Source: Octopus vulgaris | Taxonomy: Eukaryota | Reading direction: 5' to 3' | Assembly: GCA_951406725.2 (NCBI GenBank) | Contig: OX597826.1 | Location: 27,838,001-27,902,000, forward strand | Length of the DNA stretch: 64,000 nucleotides | Shown here: in pieces, positions 55,546 through 64,000 of the stretch | Numbering within the stretch: position 1 is the stretch's first letter | Layout: each line of letters begins with the position of its first letter | The notes under the pieces: generated by a model | The model's input: the letters and a program-made list of their open reading frames with translations, nothing else | Databases searched by the model: none | Told to the model about the DNA's origin: nothing | Program-made: the position numbers and the translations under genes

Positions 55546-56104
55546 TTGAGTGAGAGAGTAGGGCATGCCATCGAAATGATACTGGAGTAAAATATACGAA
55601 GTCCAGTATACCCATCATGACTACCCGTCTGATAAGGGTACACCAGGCACAGGCATCACAGCCATATGTGCGCGACATGGTGATTTCATATCAAGATAAA
55701 CAGCACATGACCTTGCAGCTGGTGCCCAGTTAGAATTTTCTTCAGGTCGAGTAGACCGTCCCACTCAAAAGGTCCCTGAATAAGTGTTGTTTAAGGATAT
55801 TAAACGAACCACCCATGTTTCCAGAGGTGAATTATTCAAACCCCAAATAATTCCTCTCAACACATGGTTATGGTGCTACCCCACTACTTCTGCCCGTGAT
55901 CAGAGATGCACATATTGTCAGCCACTAAAGGACATGCTCAACTGGTTATGGTCAAGCAACTGACAAGTAAACCTGTGGTATTAAGCAGAATATTTGCTGT
56001 AGCCCATCTTTTATACCAAGACAAAACGATATACGTGATAACAATTCCAATCAGTTAAAAGTAGAAGCCAATGAAAGCCACTGCCTGGTACTGCATTAGA
56101 TCAC
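55546..56104 (-). mobile_element. Element X, longest copy (~560 bp)
   Basis: (TAA)n on both sides; no recognisable coding frame. Confidence 0.85.
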
Positions 56105-56179
<75 letters not shown>

Positions 56180-56182
56180 TTA

Positions 56183-56243
<61 letters not shown>

Positions 56244-56262
56244 GTCATCATCATTATTATTA

Positions 56263-56640
56263 TTGAGTGAGAGAGCAGTTCATGCCATCAAAGTAACACT
56301 GGAGTAAAATATACGAAGCCCAATATACCCATCATGACTACCCGTCTGATAAGGGTACGCCATGCACATGCATCACAACCATATGTGCGTGACATGGGGG
56401 ATCTCATATCAGGATAAACAGCGTATGACCTTGCAGGAGGGCTTCAGTTAGAATTTTCTTCAGGTCGAGTAACCCATCCTGCTCAAAAGGTCCCTGAATA
56501 AGGTTTGCTAATGAATAAGGTTTGATAATGAACGAAACACCCATGTTTCCAGAGGTAAATTATTCAAACCCCAAAGAATTCCTCTCAAGACATGGCTGTG
56601 ATGCTCCCCAACTAATTCTGCTCGTGATCAGAGATGAACA
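56263..56640 (-). mobile_element. Element X, 5'-truncated
   Basis: Same 3' end as the other copies; abuts a SINE B. Confidence 0.85.
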
Positions 56641-56645
56641 TTCAA

Positions 56646-56829
56646 GCAGTGAACTGGCAGAATCGTTAACATACCGGGCGAAATGCTTAACATTCTGAGT
56701 TCAAATTCCGCCGAGATCGAATTTGCTTTTCGTCTTTTCAGGTTCAATAAATTAAGTACCTGTGATACGCTGAGGTATTGATTAGTCCCCTCCCGCCAAA
56801 TTTCAGGCCTTGTGCCTTTAGTAGAAAGG

Positions 56830-56830
<1 letters not shown>
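56646..56830 (+). mobile_element. SINE family B with (ATT)n tail
   Basis: ctggcagaatcgtt...gtagaaagg(att)n. Confidence 0.8.
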
Positions 56831-56915
<85 letters not shown>

Positions 56916-56920
56916 CATCA

Positions 56921-57391
56921 TTGAGTGAGCGAGCAGAGCATGCCATCAAAGTGACACTGGGGTAAAATATACGAAGCCCAGTATACCCATCATGACTACC
57001 CGTCTGATAAGGGTACACCAGGCACATGCATCACAACCATATGTGCGCGACATGGTGATCTCATATCAAGATAAACAGCACATGACCTTGCAGGTGGAGC
57101 CCAGTTAGAATTTTCTTCAGATCGAGTAACCCATCCCGCTCAAAAGGTCCCTGAATAAGGGTTGTTTAAGGACGTTGAACGAAACACCCATGTTTCCAGA
57201 GGTGAATTATTCAAACCCCAAAGAATCCTTCTCAACACATGGCTATGATGCTCCCCCACTACTTCTGCTCGTGATCAGAGATGCACATATCGTCAGCCAC
57301 TAAGGGACATGCTCAACTGGTTAAGGTCAAACAACTGACAAACAAATCTGTGGTATTGAACAGAATATTTGCTGTAGCCCATCTTTTATAC
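56921..57391 (-). mobile_element. Element X, 5'-truncated
   Basis: Same 3' end as the other copies; (TAA)n on both sides. Confidence 0.88.
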
Positions 57392-57445
<54 letters not shown>

Positions 57446-57557
57446 GTTATTATTATTATTATTATTGTTGTTGTTGTTGTTGTTGTTATTATTATTGTTG
57501 TTGTTGTTGTTGTTATTATTATTATTATTGTTATTGTTATTTTTATTATTATTATTA

Positions 57558-57594
<37 letters not shown>

Positions 57595-57628
57595 GTTATT
57601 GTTATTGTTATTGTTATTGTTATAGTTA

Positions 57629-57699
<71 letters not shown>

Positions 57700-57714
57700 A
57701 TTATTATTATTATA

Positions 57715-58637
57715 TATTTGACTTTTGCTTTATATTTATACAAGTTGGCTCCAAGTCTCACCCAGAGACATCAAGAGACAACAGGTTGGAAGTTCAAGTT
57801 GTTGTTATGCCTAGTGTGCCATATATTTGGGGGAGGGGGTTTGGTGTTGTACTAATGAATGTCAAAAAAAAAAATTTTTTTTTTAAACCGAAAATTATGT
57901 TTGTTTTAAACCTTGAGATTACATAGAAAGTATTTTGTGTAGGATATGAGCAGTTCCCATGAGCACTATCTTTTGAATTTCTGCCATTTTGGGGTTTCCT
58001 GGTATCTGAGTTAGATAGCTATCAGCCCCTTTTGCTATCATTCCCAGGGCACCTATGACAACAGGTATTGTTTTAGTCTTCAGGTTCCACATTTTGCTGA
58101 TTTCTATTTCAAGATCTTTATATTTGCTCAGTTTTTGGTAGGTCTTGACAGATACGTTTATATCGATTGGGACAGTCATATCAATGAGGAGGCATGTTCT
58201 TTGTTTGAAGTCTTTCAATATGATGTCTGGCCTATTTGCATCTATCTTTCTGTCAGTTTGAATGGTGAAGTTCCAGAGGAGTGAGATGTGGTCATTTTCA
58301 AGCACTGGGGGTGGTTTGTGTTCCCACCAGTTTTTTTCATGGGGCAAATCCAGGTTTTTGCAGATTACCCAGTGAATATATTGTGCCTGTTGAGATACTC
58401 TGTAGTCGCTAGAAGACTGCACTTGGAGACCACATGGTCAATGGTTTCATTTTGTTGCTGGCATACACGACACGTTGGACTGCTTCTGATCTTTAATATG
58501 TTGGCCTGGTAATTTCTTGTTGGTAGGCATTGATCTTGAGCTGCTATGATAAACCCCTCTGTTTCAGATTTTAAGCCAGAGGCCATTAGCCATTGATGGG
58601 TCAGGGCTTTGTCAACATCTGCATTATTTGCTCTCTT
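57715..58637 (-). mobile_element. 5'-truncated R4/Dong-type retrotransposon, family 1
   Basis: GLKSETEGFIIAAQDQCLPTR, CRVC..ETIDHVVSKC (CCHC), ANRPDII, KLSKYKDL; frameshift near 58385; stop at 57919; 3' UTR matches 10852-11028. Confidence 0.92.
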
Positions 58638-58658
58638 ATTATTATTATTATTATTATT

Positions 58659-58691
<33 letters not shown>

Positions 58692-58719
58692 ATTATTAAT
58701 ATTATTATTATTATTATTC

Positions 58720-58990
58720 AAGTAGCGAGCTGACAGAATCGTCAGCACGCCCGACAAAAAGCTTAGCGGCATTTAGTTCGTTTATACAATCAGAGTTCAA
58801 TTTCCCCTGAGGTTGGCTTTGCCTTTCTTCCTTTCAAGGGAGCCCCAAAATTCTTGTGCCAAAGTTTGAAATCAATATTTCAGTGACTTAATTCCACCGA
58901 GGTCGACTTTACCTTTCGTCCTTTCGGGGTCGATAACATAAGTACAGTTGAACACTGGTGTCGATGTAATCGACTTAACCCCATCCGCCC
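58720..58990 (+). mobile_element. SINE family B, two partial bodies
   Basis: gcgagctgacagaatcg head directly after (ATT)n. Confidence 0.75.
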
Positions 58991-60589
58991 TCCGCCTCCA
59001 AACTAATATTTCATTATGTTTGAGACAAATATTTTTATTCTTTTTCATGTGGCTTATCTTTGGAAACATTCACTTTTCTCTGGCAGAAAGAATTAAGACC
59101 TTACTTAATTACAGACTGAATTCTATGATGGTTGACATATCGATAGATGACACGAATAAATATAGAGCTTCACTTAGCTTTTATTGAATCAATTCCATAT
59201 GAAAAGAGAGCGAGGGAGATGGAGAGAGCAAGGAAGATGCAGAGAGAGACAAACAGACAGAGACAGAGAGAGGGAACAAAAATGTCAAAACGGAAAACAA
59301 TATAATTCACAATTAAAACATCAATTCTGTTTATACGTACATATATGTGAGTGTGTGTGTATGTATGTATGTATGTATATCAAATGGCTTGATTATAATA
59401 GAGAACGAACGTGTAATTAAATGATTCGTTTATTCAATAAAGCCATTGCTGTTGTCAATAAATAACATATACTACATATACATATATATTTATATTACAA
59501 AAAAAACTAATAATGCCAGTAATGATAATTTCATTTGTCTAAGATGTATTTCTACTCAATTGTGCGTTATAATAACGATGTGGTAATGGCTGACTCGCTT
59601 CAAAATTACGACACATAAACATACATACACGTAAGTATACATACTTACAGATACGCATACATAACCTATACACGCCCATACATACATTTGTCTGTATGTA
59701 TTTGTGTTCCTCTGTGAGTAATTGGGTTTTCTAATTATAATAGATATTTGTTGGCATTAGGCTGTGTACTTACGTAGATACGGGGGAATTTCATTGATGT
59801 TTTTTAATGCAACTAATGGAGTGCAATCTGGCAAAATATCGACACAATACACTGACAGATGAAGAAGCACTAAATAGTAAATGAACTCTTTTATGAATAC
59901 AGAGGAGGGCTGAGCATTTTGAACTGTTTAGGGTATTTGTATAGGGTAAAAATGTTAAATAGAGCGAGGGTGAAAATTAGGGACTAAAGGAATAATGAAG
60001 CTGGGGTGAGGAGGAGAAATGAAACTGAGACGAAGTGGGACTCGACCATGCTGTAGTAACGCGTTTACGTGGAGTGTTAGGTTGCTCCAGGTATTTAGAT
60101 TTCTAATCGCGATTTCAAGTATTTCGATTTGTAATTTTTAATCGAACATCAATATTAAGTTTAGTTAGAAATTCATTGATCTTTGTTAGTCGAATTGCTG
60201 GTATTAAACTTCAATTTTTTTTTTCTTTTTGAAGAATTGTTAATTACAATTCGGAAGAAAATAGTATTTTAGGAATTTACTTCGATATACATACAGAAAT
60301 ATAACTATAGTCACTTGCACCTAGACGCATACACACATCGATTTTCTGTGTATATATACACACATGCATATGTATGCGAATGTGTGTGTATGTGTGTGTG
60401 TGTGTTTAAATACATTTATATATGCAATCTATATGTTTGCATGTATGTATATAAGTTTGTATGAATGTATGTATGTATATGTAATCGCATGTTCGTTGGC
60501 GAGCGTGCCGTATGACTGTATGAAGGTTTAAATATACAGACATACAGACACACATATACATATACATATATATGTGTGTGTGTGTGTGT

Positions 60590-60657
60590 GTGTGCTAACA
60601 AACTGATACCGTATTTGTCTACACACACACATACAAGTACATATATATGTATACTTG

Positions 60658-60699
<42 letters not shown>

Positions 60700-60768
60700 C
60701 ATACATACATGTATGTGTGTGTGTGTGTGTGTGTGTGGACAAATACGGTATGGGTTTATTTACACAGA
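60590..60768. repeat. Inverted repeat around a microsatellite core
   Basis: ataccgtatttgtc.acacacac versus gtgtgtgt.gacaaatacggtat. Confidence 0.75.
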
Positions 60769-61074
60769 ATGACGGTAGAACGGGGTTCGATTGCTTTAGT
60801 GAAATCTAAGCTGAGTGAAATGGGAGATGTGTTGGAAGAGGTCCAGACATCTACCCATAGCCAACTCATCTTACACGCTGACGAGGCAGAAAAATATCAA
60901 CGTTGATACTGAAGTTTACTAACACACATCGATACAAACAAAAACAACAATACAACGACAACAACAACAACAACAACAGCAACAATTTTGCAAGAATATC
61001 AATAACAGCTAGAAGAGCAGCAACGATGATAAAAACAAAAATAATTGCAACAGCAATAAATAAGAATGGTGTCA

Positions 61075-61275
61075 AATTTTGGCACTATGCCGGAAATTTC
61101 GAGAAAGTGGGTGAGTCAATAATATTGAACCCAGTACGTAACTGGTACTTATTTGATCGACCCCGAAAGGATGTAAGGTAACGTCGACCCCCGGCGGAAT
61201 TTGAACGTAGAAAGTAAAAACGAACGAAATACCGCAAAGCATTTTTGCTAACGATTCTGCCAGCTCGCCATCTTA
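61075..61275 (-). mobile_element. SINE family B
   Basis: gatcgaccccgaaaggatg...aacgattctgccagctcgcc. Confidence 0.8.
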
Positions 61276-61299
61276 ACTGCAAGAACGATGATACTCTTC

Positions 61300-61512
61300 T
61301 AGTCTTTTACTTGTTTCAGTCATGTGACGGCGGCCATCTTGAAGCACCGCCTTTAGTCGAGCAAATCGACTCCAGGACTTATTCTTTGAAAGCCTAGTAC
61401 TTATTCTATCGGTTTCTTATGCCAAACCACTAAGTTACGGGGACGTAAACACACCAACATCGGTTGTCAAGTGATGTTGGGGGGGAACAAACGCAGACAC
61501 AAACATACACAC

Positions 61513-61583
<71 letters not shown>

Positions 61584-61742
61584 CGACGGGCTTCTTTCAG
61601 TTTTCGTCTACCAAATCCACTCACAAGGCTTTGGTCAACCCGAGGCTATAGTAGAAGACACTTGCCTAAGGTGTCACGCAGTGGGACTGAACCCGGAACC
61701 ATGTTGTTGTTAAGCAAGCTACTTACCACACAGCCACTCCTG
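61300..61742 (-). mobile_element. SINE family A, full length
   Basis: Direct homology to the other copies. Confidence 0.9.
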
Positions 61743-61749
61743 TAATCTT

Positions 61750-62373
61750 TCTGAAATTTAGGGAGAGGAAACTAGTCGATTACATCGACCCCAGTTATTT
61801 TTAATTATCGACCCCGAAAGGATGAAAGGAAAAGTCGACCTCGGTGAAATTTAAACTCAGAACGTAGTGACAGACAAAATACGGCTTAGCATTTCACCCG
61901 GCGTGCTAACGAATCTGCCAGCACACCACCTTAACGATAATAATAATAATAATAATAATAATCCTTTCTACTATTACCACAAGGGCTGAAATTGAGGGGA
62001 AAGGGATAGTCAATTAATCGACCTCAGTACTCAACTGGTATTTAATTTATCGACCCCGAAAAAATGAAAAGCTAAGTCGACCTCGGCGAAATTTGAACTC
62101 AGAACGTAAAGACATACGAAATACCTATTTCTTTACTACCCACAGAGTAAACACAGAGGAGACAAACACGGACAGACAGACGGATTAAGTCGATTATATG
62201 GACCCCAGTGCGTAACTGGTACTTAATTTATCGACCCCGAAAGGATGAAAAGCAAAGTCGACCTTGGCGGAATTTGAACTCAGAACATAACGGCAGACCA
62301 AATTGTAAAGAGAGACGAAATACTGCTAAGCATTTCGCCCGGCGTGCTAACATTTCTGCTAGCTCGTCGCCTA
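61750..62373 (-). mobile_element. Tandem SINE family B: a monomer plus a dimer, joined by (AAT)n
   Basis: Three bodies and two heads (ending about 61930 and 62372), each head followed by aacgataataat. Confidence 0.85.
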
Positions 62374-62453
62374 AACGATAATAATAATAATAAAGGTAAA
62401 ATTTTCACTGACTTCAATAATAACAATGAAAATAAGAATAACAACAGAAATCA

Positions 62454-62504
<51 letters not shown>

Positions 62505-62573
62505 GTATACATAGGAGATAAGGGTACGTTACGCCGCCTTAATATATATATAGAAGTCAAATATAAAATATTA

Positions 62574-62701
62574 AATATAAATTACAAAGTGGGACAAGTC
62601 CGGTTCCGACTGAAGGTTAGAGGCTTCGAGTGACCCGTCTGTTTTTTTGTGTCGTCTCTTTGTGTGTTTTTGCGTTCTTGTCCCACTTTGTAATTTATAT
62701 T
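62574..62701. mobile_element. Short repeat fragment with a perfect 25-bp inverted end
   Basis: aatataaattacaaagtgggacaag (62574-62598) versus 62677-62701; body related to 15865-16000. Confidence 0.65.
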
Positions 62702-62732
62702 ACAAAACACATGATTTATATTTATATTACCA

Positions 62733-62843
62733 AACACATGATTCCAGGATCAGTTCCATTGCGTGGCACCAAATGTCTTCTAGTATAGCCTCGTGTCGAC
62801 CAAAGCCTTTTGAGTGGGTTTGATAGACGAAAAATGAAATAAG

Positions 62844-62882
<39 letters not shown>

Positions 62883-63066
62883 TTGTCGCCCACCACCTGA
62901 TAACGAGATTGGTTTGTTTACATCCCCGTAAAGTTTAGGGAAAAGAAATTGACTGAATTAGTACCAAGCTTGACAAAAGTAAGTCCTGGGGTCCATTTGT
63001 TCGATTGACCCCTTCAAGGCGGCAACCCAGCATGGCTGCAGTCCAATCACTGAAGCAAGTAGAAGA
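62733..63066 (+). mobile_element. Diverged SINE family A
   Basis: cacatgattccagg...gaccaaagcc...cagcatggctgcagtc. Confidence 0.75.
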
Positions 63067-63114
63067 TTAAAGGTGAGATAGATGCATGCTCCTATATACC
63101 AATGCATGTATTCT

Positions 63115-63225
63115 TTTCTGCATTAGGCACAAGACCCAAAGTTTTGGGGGAGGGGGCCAGTCGATTAGATCGACCCCAGTATGCAACTGGTACTTAATTT
63201 ATCGACCCCGAAAGGATGAAAGACA
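63115..63225 (-). mobile_element. SINE family B, 3' part
   Basis: gtcgattagatcgaccccagt...atcgaccccgaaaggatgaaag. Confidence 0.75.
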
Positions 63226-63700
63226 AAGACTTGTACTATGCATGTATTCGGTGTGAAAGTACGTCGAGGGACAAATCAAGTCTTTTATATTACAGTGTGT
63301 TTGAGATGATTGATACATACTCGGTCGGCTGTTGGCTACTTTCCCTTGGGGATATTAAATTCATGCTTACGCAGAAATTATGTCGTGTACCGTCTGCACA
63401 AACGCTCATGCAGAAGCATATATATCTATACGCGTGTATGCGTAGGTATATGTTATCTGTTGTTTATCCGTATATATGTATAGTTATATATGCGTGTGTG
63501 TGTGTGTGTGTGCGCGTGCGGGAGGTGTGAGTGCGTGTGTTTGTACGTACATACATATATATATATAGATTCACATATACGTATAACACATACATGTATA
63601 CATATATAAAACAAATATATACATATATACATACATATATACATATATATGTATATGTATATATATGTATATATATATATATATATATACATACATATAT

Positions 63701-63749
<49 letters not shown>

Positions 63750-63849
63750 TGTTTACGTATATATACATAGAGAATAAAACTGATAAATTGACGTATCGAA
63801 TTTATATCATATGGATATGACTGTGTATGTTTATCTATAGATAGATACG

Positions 63850-63911
<62 letters not shown>

Positions 63912-64000
63912 TGCATATATATACACATATATATATATACATGTATATATACATGTATATCTACATATATATACGTATACATATATGTATATACATATAT

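Noticed and set aside
60607-60750. Tigger-like MITE with TACCGTATTT termini
   Set aside because: Inverted similarity extends beyond the supposed TIR and TSD, so a fold-back inversion fits better.

Overview
This is AT-rich, repeat-saturated eukaryotic DNA, either intronic or intergenic. Its tRNA-headed SINEs with CORE-like boxes and its very high microsatellite density suggest a coleoid cephalopod, probably Octopus; that is an inference, not a database match. I recognise no intact host gene, and almost all supplied ORFs are translated microsatellites. The real coding remnants are three 5'-truncated R4/Dong-type RLE LINE copies from two families inside (TAA)n arrays, a decayed RTE LINE, a fold-back mariner derivative and a probable Gypsy gag relic. 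Non-coding features include at least four SINE families, a 412-bp MITE with 29-bp TIRs and an 8-bp TSD, Helitron-like elements and many fold-back inverted repeats. Three signals stand out. First, about ten hammerhead-ribozyme motifs lie in Penelope/retrozyme-like fragments, mostly beside (AT)n; one at 1971-2041 is a complete type I fold with a U3-A8 core inside a 362-bp terminally redundant unit. Second, an unnamed ~560-bp non-coding retroposon is present in four 3'-coterminal copies that use the same (TAA)n target and strand as the Dong LINEs. Third, a SINE with (ATT)n tails appears to supply those targets. Coordinates were read by eye and may be off by a few bases.
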